Shown piece after piece: positions 48,320-57,861 of a DNA stretch of 64,000 nt. A model generated the notes under the pieces. It had not been told where the DNA came from, ran no database searches, and worked only from the letters and a program-made list of their open reading frames with translations. The position numbers and the translations under genes are program-made. Source of the DNA: an uncultured Gammaproteobacteria bacterium (GTDB lineage Bacteria > Patescibacteriota > Microgenomatia > Levybacterales > GWA1-39-11); the NCBI GenBank assembly GCA_964450885.1, contig CAYVFE010000002.1, positions 116,494 to 180,493 of the forward strand, in the 5' to 3' direction. Every line of letters starts with the position of its first letter. The stretch's first letter is position 1.

Positions 48320-49220
48320 AGGAGTTTACGGAATTTTCTCTTTGTCTTTTTCGTCTATAGTCACATCCATTTGGACATACTCCCTTTCCGTCCGGATCCA
48401 AACATGACTCACACATTATAAAGTGTCTGTGACATCCTACTGTGGAGCAATTTATATAGCGCTCTGATTTGGCAAAACACTTCTCACATGTGCCTACTAT
48501 CTCGCGCTCCGGATCATCCATATTAAATCCCATTGTAACTCTTCCATCGAAGACATAAAGAGAACCCTTGAAATTCTCATTTGGATATTTTTCCATGTAG
48601 CTTACTATTCCACCTTTTAATTGATAGACATCAGAGAACCCACTGAGCAGCAAAAATCCCGATGCTTTCTCGCATCTAACGCCGCCCGTGCATACCGTAA
48701 GAACGGTCTTATTTTTTAGATGTTCTAAGCGGGGTAATTCTTTTTTCAAATCGCGGAAATTCTCAAGTCCCGGAAGGACAGAATTCTCAAATCGTCCGGA
48801 AAGATACTCATAATCATTTCGCATATCCACTATATAAAACTCCTTATTGCTCTCAAACCACGCGTGCAGCTCGTCGGGTTCCAGATACCTTCCTGTTGTT
48901 GTATTTGGATCAATATCTTTTTCACCGAGGTGCAGACTCACGATTTCGTCACGGACTTTTACGGAAAGCTTTGGAAAAGCACTTCCAGTCCCAACTGACT
49001 TTTTCCAATGAATGTCTTTGAATCTTTTGTCTTTTGACATGAACTCCATGTACTTTTGCGTGTTTTCGGTCAACCCCTCCACGGTTCCATTTATACCCTC
49101 TTTTGCGACTATGATTCTTCCCTTAAGCCCTAGCTCTTCGCAGATCTTGCGCTGCGCTTTCATCTCCCTTTTCGGGTAGGTGATTTTTACATATTTGTAG
49201 TACAAAAGTATCGTATACAT
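48309..49220 (-). CDS. trhO: Rhodanese-domain tRNA uridine(34) hydroxylase (UPF0176)
   Basis: LKGRIIVAKEGINGT, DMRNDYE, CTGGVRCEK and VFDGR. Confidence 0.9.
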   Translation of the reverse strand: MYTILLYYKYVKITYPKREMKAQRKICEELGLKGRIIVAKEGINGTVEGLTENTQKYMEFMSKDKRFKDIHWKKSVGTGSAFPKLSVKVRDEIVSLHLGEKDIDPNTTTGRYLEPDELHAWFESNKEFYIVDMRNDYEYLSGRFENSVLPGLENFRDLKKELPRLEHLKNKTVLTVCTGGVRCEKASGFLLLSGFSDVYQLKGGIVSYMEKYPNENFKGSLYVFDGRVTMGFNMDDPEREIVGTCEKCFAKSERYINCSTVGCHRHFIMCESCLDPDGKGVCPNGCDYRRKRQRENSVNSYDR

Positions 49221-49255
49221 GAGATGTATTGTAACAAAAAATGAAAATGAAAAAA

Positions 49256-49714
49256 CTATTTGAGGATTTCGACAAGCTCTACTTCGAAAATTAGAGTCGA
49301 ATTTGGAGGAATACTGCCAATACCCTGCTCCCCATATCCCATCGCAGGCGGAATTATAAGTTTTCTTTTCTCGCCAGGTTTCATACCTATGACACCTTCA
49401 TCCCAACCTCTGATAACTTCCCCTACCCCAATCTGAGTCTGAAAAGGTTCACCTCTATCATATGAACTATCAAATACGGTTCCATCCTCAAGTGTTCCCC
49501 GATAGTGAATGACTATATCATCACCTGATTCTACGACCTGATCCCCTGTTCCTTCTTGTATGGTTTCGACAACTAATTCTCCTGTCTTTGACATAATATT
49601 TTCTGAGATGTCTATTGTATCATCTGATGTCACGCTTTGGGAAGTCAGAAGACCTGCCAAAATAAAACCAAAAATAACGACTGACAGGATAGACAATAAA
49701 ACATACTTATTCAC
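49256..49714 (-). CDS. FKBP-type peptidyl-prolyl isomerase
   Basis: HYRGTL..G.VFDSS, VIRGWDEG and IPPNSTLIFEVEL. Confidence 0.95.
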   Translation of the reverse strand: MNKYVLLSILSVVIFGFILAGLLTSQSVTSDDTIDISENIMSKTGELVVETIQEGTGDQVVESGDDIVIHYRGTLEDGTVFDSSYDRGEPFQTQIGVGEVIRGWDEGVIGMKPGEKRKLIIPPAMGYGEQGIGSIPPNSTLIFEVELVEILK

Positions 49715-49770
49715 AATTTATTTATTTAACAAATAAAATAATATCAAGTCAAGTAGCGTTTATGGCTACC

Positions 49771-49800
49771 AAAAAGCCGTAGAGAATCTACGGCTTTTTT
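49771..49800 (-). terminator. Intrinsic terminator (bidirectional shape)
   Basis: AAAAAGCCGTAGA-GAA-TCTACGGCTTTTTT. Confidence 0.8.
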
Positions 49801-49813
49801 AAGATCTTAGATC

Positions 49814-50194
49814 TTATCCTTGTGAAGGATTGCCCCCTGGCATTCCTCCGCCTGTTTGGTCATCTGTTGATGGTGTTCCCGGCATAGGTGCGTCTCCTGC
49901 TCCTGGAGTTGGCATACTAGGCTCTGGTGTCTCAGTTACTGGAGGTGTTGGCATACCGCCTGGCACAGGTGCGTCTCCTGCTCCTGGAGCTGGTGGTACT
50001 CCTGTTCCTGGTTGTGGCACATCTCCGCTTCCTGGAGTTGGCATACTAGGCTCTGGTGTCTCAGTTACTGGAGGTGTTGGCATACCGCCTGGCATAGGTG
50101 CGTCTCCTGCTCCTGGAGCTGGTGGAGTATTGCTTCCTGGCATTCCTGCTCCTGGCATAGCTGGTTGTCCTCCTTGATTTTGATTATCGTCCAT
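49814..50194 (-). CDS. Pro/Gly/Met-rich disordered repeat protein
   Basis: GGGGGTGA SD, own terminator, 43-aa internal duplication. Confidence 0.75.
   Translation of the reverse strand: MDDNQNQGGQPAMPGAGMPGSNTPPAPGAGDAPMPGGMPTPPVTETPEPSMPTPGSGDVPQPGTGVPPAPGAGDAPVPGGMPTPPVTETPEPSMPTPGAGDAPMPGTPSTDDQTGGGMPGGNPSQG
49901..50125. repeat. Intragenic direct repeat
   Basis: 96-nt unit at 49901-49996 and 50030-50125 (period 129 nt) with one mismatch. Confidence 0.9.
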
Positions 50195-50277
50195 AGTGAT
50201 TCACCCCCTTTTTCAAAAGTTATAAAATCATATTAACATGAAAGATGAAATCATTACAAGCCAAATAGAATCCACTA

Positions 50278-51135
50278 CTATTCTTTTGCGCATGTATTGA
50301 AGTTCTGCACCTGGGAGTTATATGCGCCGACCAGCTCTTTCGTTGTCTCAAGTAACGCATTGTATTCGCTAACCAGATTGTTATACTCATCTACCCTCTT
50401 ATTGTATTGTTCGCTTTCATCTCTTGTTGTAGGTTTGTTCTCAAGCTCCTTTTTCCTGTTCTCCAGATCGACCTTCATATTGTCCAGTTTTACATTATTA
50501 CTATCTATCTGTGATTTAGTAGCATCATTTATCGCAGGGCACGCAGAAAGAGGCTTTGCGAAATGCTGGACAGCAAGCCATGTCTCACGACCCTCGAACA
50601 TCCCCCTGCCAACTGCTATTCCTATCTGAGTATACGCACCCTTCAAGATGTTTTCCCTATGTCCGGGACTATCCATCCACGCCTGCAACAAAACAGTGTC
50701 ATCTTTATAATTTCCCAATGCTAAATTTTCCCCTACCACTATAAATTCATATCCTACATCACTTACAAGATCCCCTGCACCCTCACCCGTAGGCGCATCG
50801 TGCTCGAAATATTGACGGGAGAACATATCATCAACTTTTTTCTGTGCAGAAATATTCAAGAGCGTATTTTCCTCAAGCTCGGGAAGTCCTGCTTCGCGTC
50901 TATGGCGGTTTGTTTCTGCTATCGCACCCTCTACCGTAAGTTTAGATCCCTCATCATCTGTTTCCTTCCGGAGTGGTTCACCACCAGTATTGACTCTTCG
51001 GGCTATGTTTTTCTCAACAAATTCAAACGACTTTTCCGAAAAACTTTTTACTATATCGTCGTTAATCAGCAGATAAGTTCCCAGACTTACAAATGCTATA
51101 AGAAAAATCAGGATACCTATGAGTTTTTTGTTCAT
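50278..51135 (-). CDS. CAP/SCP domain protein with a C-terminal coiled coil
   Basis: YFEH, GENLA, WMDSPGHRENIL and IGIA; N-terminal TM. Confidence 0.9.
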   Translation of the reverse strand: MNKKLIGILIFLIAFVSLGTYLLINDDIVKSFSEKSFEFVEKNIARRVNTGGEPLRKETDDEGSKLTVEGAIAETNRHRREAGLPELEENTLLNISAQKKVDDMFSRQYFEHDAPTGEGAGDLVSDVGYEFIVVGENLALGNYKDDTVLLQAWMDSPGHRENILKGAYTQIGIAVGRGMFEGRETWLAVQHFAKPLSACPAINDATKSQIDSNNVKLDNMKVDLENRKKELENKPTTRDESEQYNKRVDEYNNLVSEYNALLETTKELVGAYNSQVQNFNTCAKE

Positions 51136-51205
51136 ACTTAACTATATTATACATGCATTTATCAGTATTTTAATTTAACTTATATCTGCTAGAATGGTAT
51201 GAATA

Positions 51206-52315
51206 ATGCCACGAAAAATTTCCACAAGCAGCAAGAATGAACTGTTCAGAATTGCCCTGAGAACCACCAACATAAGACATTCTCTGGTACTGGATTCGAC
51301 AGCCCTTACTCCTGTAAATCTGCTGGAGGAAAAAGAAAGATTTTCCAAAAGTACAACATATAATCCTATTTTCGAATATGCTCCACCACCACCGGATAGA
51401 TTTGATATCGAAATTGATGAACTCGAACAAAGAGTCGAGAAAATTGAGCTCCCCTATGATCTCCTGTATCATCTGATCGAATATCTTAACCATCTACGTT
51501 TTCTGTACCATGCCCGTCGCTCGATCGGAAGACCAACATTTCCTGTATACGCAAGGCTCGCATTCAACTGGGCCATCTCCGATCCTGACAAACTTATTGC
51601 GTCGCTACCAAAATTCAAATTTGAAAATGAGGACAAAGGGCCCCTGGTTCCGGCGCCTGAGATTGCACAACAACTAGGTGTCATCTTCAAAAACCGGTAT
51701 GAGATCGAAGACTTCCCTGTAGAGGTAAATTATTTCTCTACCAACATGATATTCGTCGACTATAGTGTCATAAAAATCGGGAAAGACATAAAACGCTATC
51801 AGAACAATATAAATAGGCTGATCGTACACGAGATAGAAAGCCACGCCCTACAGAATCTCAATATCCGCAAATCCCAAAATCATCTAAGACTCATGTCCAA
51901 ACTTTCCGACTCCTATTTATACTCAGAAGGCCTCGGGGTATACAACGAAGTCAAAACCAACACGATGACCAAAAAAGCTTTTGAAAACTACTATTATAGA
52001 CTCAAGGCCGTAAAGAACTCACATCTGGGGTTCCGGGAAATTTATAATAATCTGATAAAAGACGGTCTTTCCCAAAAACACGCATTCAACATTTCGTTCA
52101 GGGTAAAACGTGGAATGTTGGATACCTCCAGATCAGGTTGTCACCCTAAAGACGCAGCATATCTTTTAGGATACAAAGCTGTACTGAAATTTCTCGAAGA
52201 TAATCCGGAAGAAATAATGTATTATGCTAAAAATCCCCATCTGACAAAGCTACTTATGAAGTATAATCTACTAGGCGAAAAAGATTTGATGTTGCCAATT
52301 TTTTACGGTCAGTAA
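51206..52315 (+). CDS. DUF1704/MATCAP-like Tyr/Phe carboxypeptidase family metalloprotease
   Basis: YNPIFEY, LIVHEIESH (HExxxH), SEGLG (QEGLA-like), RVKRG and KDAAYLLG. Confidence 0.82.
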   Translation: MPRKISTSSKNELFRIALRTTNIRHSLVLDSTALTPVNLLEEKERFSKSTTYNPIFEYAPPPPDRFDIEIDELEQRVEKIELPYDLLYHLIEYLNHLRFLYHARRSIGRPTFPVYARLAFNWAISDPDKLIASLPKFKFENEDKGPLVPAPEIAQQLGVIFKNRYEIEDFPVEVNYFSTNMIFVDYSVIKIGKDIKRYQNNINRLIVHEIESHALQNLNIRKSQNHLRLMSKLSDSYLYSEGLGVYNEVKTNTMTKKAFENYYYRLKAVKNSHLGFREIYNNLIKDGLSQKHAFNISFRVKRGMLDTSRSGCHPKDAAYLLGYKAVLKFLEDNPEEIMYYAKNPHLTKLLMKYNLLGEKDLMLPIFYGQ

Positions 52316-52316
52316 T

Positions 52317-53093
52317 ATGACATACTCTGTTCATACCAAAGTTACATGGGAACAAAAGGTGTCAACCAGTTGGGAAGATATATTTTATCCATCACTATCC
52401 AAAAAAATCAGGAAAAGTGATAGTTATTTTGACCAATTATTCGAACTGCAAATCTCTCCTATCACCGATATCCATGAGGCAAATGATTTTTTTAATCTTT
52501 ATGACAAAGAGATAGCATCACGAGGCAACTACCTTTTTAAGCAAAACGAGAAGAAAGAACTTATCAACACTAAAATAAAAAGCGGCAAAAATTATTTTCA
52601 GGCAATTTTACGCAAAAAAGATACTAATGAATATGCGGGAGGAATTATTTTTACAACGATAGAAGAAAGACTTTCCTTTTCTTTTAGGGTTTTTGACAAG
52701 CAGATAAGATCAACTTACCGCGCGCAAACCTCTGTGGATTTTTGGGTAGAGAAAAAGATGTATGAATACTCTATCTCTAAAAAATTCCAGACAATTACAC
52801 ATGGGAACGACAGCTACCCAAATAAGGGAAGGATCGGGCTCGTCCTTTTTAAGTTAAAAGTAGGAGGCAAACCAAAAATATCCAAAATGCCTCACGATAT
52901 ACTGGAAGTTACCGATACGGACATCAACGAATTTAATGCGCCGACTCTATTTTGGGACGATCCTGATGAGAATAATTATTTCCAGAAAGCACACCTTTTT
53001 TATAATGAAGACGCGATAGACGGAAATGTCTTGCAGGAACTTATCAAAGTGATGTCGTGGACGGAAATAGAACTAGAGCTTCACAAAATCTAA
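52317..53093 (+). CDS. GNAT-fold protein, Fem/Acetyltransf_6-like
   Basis: KKIRKS, FFNLY, YAGGIIF and HG...GLVLFKLKVG; 1 nt after the DUF1704 stop. Confidence 0.55.
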   Translation: MTYSVHTKVTWEQKVSTSWEDIFYPSLSKKIRKSDSYFDQLFELQISPITDIHEANDFFNLYDKEIASRGNYLFKQNEKKELINTKIKSGKNYFQAILRKKDTNEYAGGIIFTTIEERLSFSFRVFDKQIRSTYRAQTSVDFWVEKKMYEYSISKKFQTITHGNDSYPNKGRIGLVLFKLKVGGKPKISKMPHDILEVTDTDINEFNAPTLFWDDPDENNYFQKAHLFYNEDAIDGNVLQELIKVMSWTEIELELHKI

Positions 53094-53110
53094 CAACGAA
53101 GTTATTTTGC

Positions 53111-53713
53111 CTACCGACTTGGGTCTACCATCTCTACATTGTCCAGTAATTCACTATATGCGGTTATATCATCCATCGTGGCTTCTCTGCTCCATACTGG
53201 ACCTAAATCGCTACTTGAACCCATAGGGGTGTGCATATCAAATGGCCTGCGTCTATGCTCTTTAGACTCTACATGTGCAATTCCCGAAGCGGGGTTAATC
53301 ACAAAAAGGCTATCAAGATCATGCAGATTTATAGTCGCAGAGTGCTTCGCTCTCGATAAAGTAACATCTACAGAAGACTCCTCATCAATGGGCACTGAAA
53401 ATGTTTTCCTGATGCTTGCGCCTTCGCTCCACGCCCGGGATTTATTCACATCTTCAGCTAGCCTTCTCCTTCCCTCCTCAGTTATAGTCATACGGTTTCC
53501 GTTTTTAATGAACGACGGATGCTCTGGGTCTTCTGGGGATCTTTTCGCACTTTCTTCAAAATCTACCAATTTTTCTATCCTAGCAAGTAATTCCGGAGAA
53601 TGCTTTTTTGCTTCATCTGCGCTTTTTTTTCTTGCTTCCTCCGCTCGCTTCCGCTCCATCGCCTCATTAAGAAGGCCTGCTTGTGCTGATTCTGGAACAA
53701 ATCTTTCTGTCAT
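53111..53713 (-). CDS. Hypothetical protein
   Basis: 200 aa charged ORF; GGAG upstream of the ATG. Confidence 0.55.
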   Translation of the reverse strand: MTERFVPESAQAGLLNEAMERKRAEEARKKSADEAKKHSPELLARIEKLVDFEESAKRSPEDPEHPSFIKNGNRMTITEEGRRRLAEDVNKSRAWSEGASIRKTFSVPIDEESSVDVTLSRAKHSATINLHDLDSLFVINPASGIAHVESKEHRRRPFDMHTPMGSSSDLGPVWSREATMDDITAYSELLDNVEMVDPSR

Positions 53714-53772
53714 TGTCTCCTCAATATTACAACTTTTTACTATTATGTCAAGATATTTGTTAAAATACTGAT

Positions 53773-54516
53773 ATGCAAATAGATGCCATCAAGACTCATA
53801 AGATAACTAGCTCAGACCAAAGTGTTTTTAAGATTCTGGATAAATACCTCACAGAGTTTGAGGAGAGAAATATTCTCTGTATTACCTCGAAAATCGTCTC
53901 TATTTGTGAAGGGCGTATAACTCCTGTAGATGGCAGCAATAAAGACGAACTTGTAAAGGAAGAATCTGAGTATTTTTTACCTAAAGAAGAAAACAAATAC
54001 GGGTTTCATTTAACTATCACACAAAACCTTTTGATTCCTGCAGCGGGAATAGATGAATCAAATGGTAACGGATACTATATCCTATGGCCCGAAAATCCTC
54101 AAGATAGTGCTAACAAAATCCGTGAATATCTCGTAAAAAGATTTGACATCAGATATGCAGGAGCCATAATTACCGATAGCAAAACCACACCTCTGCGCTG
54201 GGGAACTACGGGAGTTGCTATCGCATACTCAGGGTTCTCGCCGCTAAATGACTACATAGGAAAACCCGATCTATTCGACAGAGAAATGCGTGTTACTCAG
54301 TCGAACATAATGGACGGTCTGGCAGCTGGAGCAGTTGCCATCATGGGAGAAGGTCAGGAACAGACCCCACTTGCAGTCATAAAAGATATCCCAAACGTAA
54401 ACTTTAGAGATACTAACCCAGCAGATGAGGAGGTATCAAGTCTCAAGATAGATCTGGATACTGACGTCTACTCGTCTATCCTCAAGCGCGCGCCCTGGAA
54501 AAAAGGGAAAAAATAA
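53773..54516 (+). CDS. CofE-family gamma-glutamyl ligase (FolC2-like, probably folate-related)
   Basis: ITSKIVSICEG, AGIDESN, ITDS.TTPLR.G and MGEGQEQTPLA. Confidence 0.82.
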   Translation: MQIDAIKTHKITSSDQSVFKILDKYLTEFEERNILCITSKIVSICEGRITPVDGSNKDELVKEESEYFLPKEENKYGFHLTITQNLLIPAAGIDESNGNGYYILWPENPQDSANKIREYLVKRFDIRYAGAIITDSKTTPLRWGTTGVAIAYSGFSPLNDYIGKPDLFDREMRVTQSNIMDGLAAGAVAIMGEGQEQTPLAVIKDIPNVNFRDTNPADEEVSSLKIDLDTDVYSSILKRAPWKKGKK

Positions 54517-54555
54517 GTTGACACTACTCCATTTTTTCATGTAAATTATATACTC

Positions 54556-54837
54556 ATGGAAGCATCAGAAGCACAAGGTATAGTTGAAAAAAGGGAGCTG
54601 GAAAAACAGGCAAAAAATGGCAGTGCTCCACAGGTATCACCTATCACTACCTCCTCACCTGAAACACCTACGCCAGCTGTAACACCAGAACCTATTGCTC
54701 AACAGGTCCCGGAAACAGAAAATCCACCAATGGGGCCTACAAATCCAGAACCTATCGGAACTCCAAATGAATCAAATATCAGTCAATTTTCCCAACCAAA
54801 CATCTCTACACCCACAGAGGAAAATCCAGCAGCTTAA
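54556..54837 (+). CDS. Pro/Glu/Thr-rich hypothetical protein
   Basis: TTGACA promoter element upstream; low-complexity, 93 aa. Confidence 0.55.
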   Translation: MEASEAQGIVEKRELEKQAKNGSAPQVSPITTSSPETPTPAVTPEPIAQQVPETENPPMGPTNPEPIGTPNESNISQFSQPNISTPTEENPAA

Positions 54838-55439
54838 TACTCTCTTCTTCCCTCCAGTGCCCTGGAAAGAGTTGTTTCATCAGCGTATTCTATATCTGCA
54901 CCGATCGGCAGTCCGCGGCCGATTCTCGTAACCTTCATGTCTGGATTTTTTTCTTTGAGCCTTTTATAGATATACATAGCTGTCGCCTCGCCCTCCATCG
55001 TAGGATTTGTCGCGATCAAAATCTCATTTATCTCCGGACTCTTTTCTACACGCGAAATAAGCTGAGGGATATATATATCATCAGGACCAATCGAATTTAG
55101 CGGATCCACGACACCGTGCAGGACATGATAAAGACCAGCAAACTTCCTACTCCTTTCAAGCGCTACCACATCTAAAGGGTCCTCAACGACACAAATAAAT
55201 GTCTTGTCTCTTTTCTCGTCGCTACAGACTTCGCAAAGCTGTGTGCTACCTATATTAAAGCAACTCTCACAGACCTGTGTCTCTTTTTTGAGATTTGAAA
55301 GTGCCTGCGCGAATTCGTCCAGATTTTCCTGTGGCACATGCAGGAGATAAAATCCTAATCTTTGCGCCGACTTAGGACCTATACCAGGAAGTCTTTCAAA
55401 ACCCTCAATTACCCGCTCTACTGCTTTTGGGATCTTCAT
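54834..55439 (-). CDS. recR: Recombination protein RecR
   Basis: LPGIGPKSAQR, C4 zinc finger, YHVLHG, ATNPTMEGEATA and GLPIG. Confidence 0.97.
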   Translation of the reverse strand: MKIPKAVERVIEGFERLPGIGPKSAQRLGFYLLHVPQENLDEFAQALSNLKKETQVCESCFNIGSTQLCEVCSDEKRDKTFICVVEDPLDVVALERSRKFAGLYHVLHGVVDPLNSIGPDDIYIPQLISRVEKSPEINEILIATNPTMEGEATAMYIYKRLKEKNPDMKVTRIGRGLPIGADIEYADETTLSRALEGRREY

Positions 55440-55478
55440 AAAAATACTAAATAAAAACTGCTCTCATTAACTAAGAAT

Positions 55479-56039
55479 CTAAACCGTCATCAACTCTTTC
55501 TCTTTTTGCTCGCGGAGGGAATCGATATTTTTGATATAGTCGTCGGTAAGAGATTGCACCTCTTTCTCGTTTCTTTCAATGTCGTCTTCCGAAGTATGCC
55601 CCTGATCTTCCATTTTTTTGATTTCGCGCATAGAATCCTGTCTGACCTGACGTATCATGACTTTTCCATTTTCGCATTTTTGATTTATCATCTTTACCAT
55701 TTCTGCGCGTCTTTCCTCAGTAAGAGGAGGTATGGAAAGACGTATAAATTCCCCGGATACAGATGGATTTATCCCAAGGCCTGAATCATTTATTCCCTTT
55801 TCGATATCCCCTATGACAGAGAGATCAAATGGGGTTATAACTACTGTCTTTGGATCCGGGACTGAGATCGTCGCAAGCTCCATGATCTTTAGCCTCGCAG
55901 AGCCTCCATATGCAACGACTTCAATGTTTTCTACCATCTGACTGCTCGCTTTCCCACTTCTAACCGTCGCAAGATCTACCCTCAAGACCTCAAAGGCTTT
56001 CTCCATTTTTTGTTTTGCTTGTTTTACTATATCTTCCAT
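55479..56039 (-). CDS. frr: Ribosome recycling factor
   Basis: VRSGKA, GINP, IPPLTEERR and KEKELMTV. Confidence 0.96.
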   Translation of the reverse strand: MEDIVKQAKQKMEKAFEVLRVDLATVRSGKASSQMVENIEVVAYGGSARLKIMELATISVPDPKTVVITPFDLSVIGDIEKGINDSGLGINPSVSGEFIRLSIPPLTEERRAEMVKMINQKCENGKVMIRQVRQDSMREIKKMEDQGHTSEDDIERNEKEVQSLTDDYIKNIDSLREQKEKELMTV

Positions 56040-56042
56040 ATC

Positions 56043-57152
56043 TTAAAGTTCGGGAATCAGACTCTCGCCCGAAATAAGTCTACCCACATCAAATACAGTT
56101 ATAAGCACCATAAGTGAAAGCAAAACTACCAGTCCTGCCGCATGCGCGTAACCTTCATATTTAGGGCTTACCTTTTTTCGTGTAACAAACTCTATTATCT
56201 GAAAGAAAAATCTCCCTCCGTCAAGCGCCGGAATAGGAAGGATATTTAGGACCGCAAGATTTAATGAAAGCAGTGCCACAAACCACAATGTCGCAACCAA
56301 ACCATTTTGAACCACTGCACCCGTTAGCTGGGCAACTCCTACAGGTCCTGCTACTCCCTCAGGTGCCTGCCCAGTAGTCACCAGGTCTGATACCAGTGTC
56401 CCTAGACCCACCACTATCATTTTTGAGAAATTCAATGCTTCAAGTGTTCCATAGTATGGAGCCTCTATCCAAGAGTATTTCTTGAGTTTGATATTCGAAA
56501 TTACGACCCCTATAGCTCCCTGCCCCTCTGGAGCATCGACACGCGGAGTAAGATCTACATCAAATTCCTGTCCATCTCTAAGAACCCTTAGGGTTACCAC
56601 CTCACCCAGATTATCTGCCGTAAAGGCCACGAATTCTTCGCTGGTTTTTATCCCCTCACCATCTACAGCTACTATCTCGTCATTTTCTCTAAGTCCTGCA
56701 GCTTGTGCTGGAGAATTCTCTTGGACTTTATTTACAAGTACATTTTCTGTAGGCACGGCAACACCCTGCGTCGCAAAAAGTGTCGAGATGATTACAACTG
56801 CAAGCAAAAAATTCATCACGACTCCCGCGACAACTACACTCATTCTCTGCCATAAAGGCCTGGCATAAAACGCTCTTGAGATATCCTCATTTTTGATAGA
56901 CGAATCCTTTATCTTTAGACTTCCGCCCCCTGCATCATCCTCTCCATAAAGTTTTACGAATCCTCCGATAGGAAGTAGATTTATCGAGTAAATCGTCTCG
57001 CCGACTTTTTTACCAAAAACGCGAGGCGGAAACCCAAATCCAAACTCCTCCACCTTTATCTTAAAAAACTTTGCGACCAGATAGTGCCCTAGCTCGTGCA
57101 CAAGAACCAGAACAGAAAGAACCAAAATGAAAGCAATAATCGTTACCAACAT
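56043..57152 (-). CDS. rseP: RIP metalloprotease RseP
   Basis: HELGH, PIGGFV, PDZ domain and NILPIPALDGG. Confidence 0.95.
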   Translation of the reverse strand: MLVTIIAFILVLSVLVLVHELGHYLVAKFFKIKVEEFGFGFPPRVFGKKVGETIYSINLLPIGGFVKLYGEDDAGGGSLKIKDSSIKNEDISRAFYARPLWQRMSVVVAGVVMNFLLAVVIISTLFATQGVAVPTENVLVNKVQENSPAQAAGLRENDEIVAVDGEGIKTSEEFVAFTADNLGEVVTLRVLRDGQEFDVDLTPRVDAPEGQGAIGVVISNIKLKKYSWIEAPYYGTLEALNFSKMIVVGLGTLVSDLVTTGQAPEGVAGPVGVAQLTGAVVQNGLVATLWFVALLSLNLAVLNILPIPALDGGRFFFQIIEFVTRKKVSPKYEGYAHAAGLVVLLSLMVLITVFDVGRLISGESLIPEL

Positions 57153-57213
57153 AGACTCCCATTATACATAATAAATAAAATTCATAGTAGCCCTAAACAT
57201 ATTCCTATATTGT

Positions 57214-57395
57214 TATCGCTTTAAGCGATCCTCCCGCCTTCCTTGTCGTTGTGCGGAGATAGTATGAAAATCGACGCTTTCGAGCGTTAAAAAACTGAAA
57301 GGCGAAGTCCGGAGTTTTAGTGAGACAAGCAAGGTTTGAATACTTGAGACGCACACAGACAAGAGCTTTTTGCTACTTTTTACGGCAAAAAGTAG
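57214..57395. other. Structured intergenic element (ncRNA or non-autonomous repeat)
   Basis: Several inverted repeats: ATCGCTT/AAGCGAT, ACGCT-TTCG-AGCGT, CGCCTT/AAGGCG, CTTGTC/GACAAG and CTACTTTTT/AAAAAGTAG. Confidence 0.4.
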
Positions 57396-57405
57396 AGAGG
57401 ACTAT

Positions 57406-57858
57406 TTATATGGAGATTCTGGTAAACTTTCCTATCTGAATATTCTCACCAAGCTTTGCGATCGCTTCTTTGACAAGATCGCCAATCGTCTTGGACCCAT
57501 CACGGATATAATCTTGAGCCAAAAGCTCTTTCTCGTCCTTAGGGTCCATAGCAGCTATCTGCATGGAGACTTCATGAGCAAGATTCTTGAATTCGTCAGT
57601 TCTTGCGACAAAATCCGTCTCACAAAGAACCGAGAGGACTACCCCGATCTTGCCGTTCAGATGAACATAAGTATCAACTAGTCCGCTTCCTGTCTCGCGG
57701 TCTCCTTTTTTTGCAGCTTTTGCAAGCCCTTTTTCCTTCAATAGGCTTTCGGCTTTCTTTAGGTCACCCTTTGCTTCTTCAAGCGCATTCTTGCAATCAG
57801 CAAATCCTGCTCCTGTCATCTCTCTTAGTTTTTTTATATCTGTTGCGTTAAGTTTCAT
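57406..57858 (-). CDS. tsf: Elongation factor Ts (short form)
   Basis: IKKLREMTGAG..DCK, LCETDFVA and KLGENI. Confidence 0.96.
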   Translation of the reverse strand: MKLNATDIKKLREMTGAGFADCKNALEEAKGDLKKAESLLKEKGLAKAAKKGDRETGSGLVDTYVHLNGKIGVVLSVLCETDFVARTDEFKNLAHEVSMQIAAMDPKDEKELLAQDYIRDGSKTIGDLVKEAIAKLGENIQIGKFTRISI

Positions 57859-57861
57859 AGT

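Noticed and set aside
49901-50125. Direct repeats as a CRISPR array or DGR template/variable pair
   Set aside because: Only two copies, in frame within a coding sequence, one mismatch, and no reverse transcriptase nearby
53139-53771. 210-aa + strand ORF
   Set aside because: Ser/Leu-rich antisense shadow of 53111..53713 with no initiation signal
57295-57370. Possible RNase P RNA (GAAGTCCGGAG ... ACAGACAAGAGCTT)
   Set aside because: No GAGGAAAGUC consensus and no 3' complement to form the P4 helix
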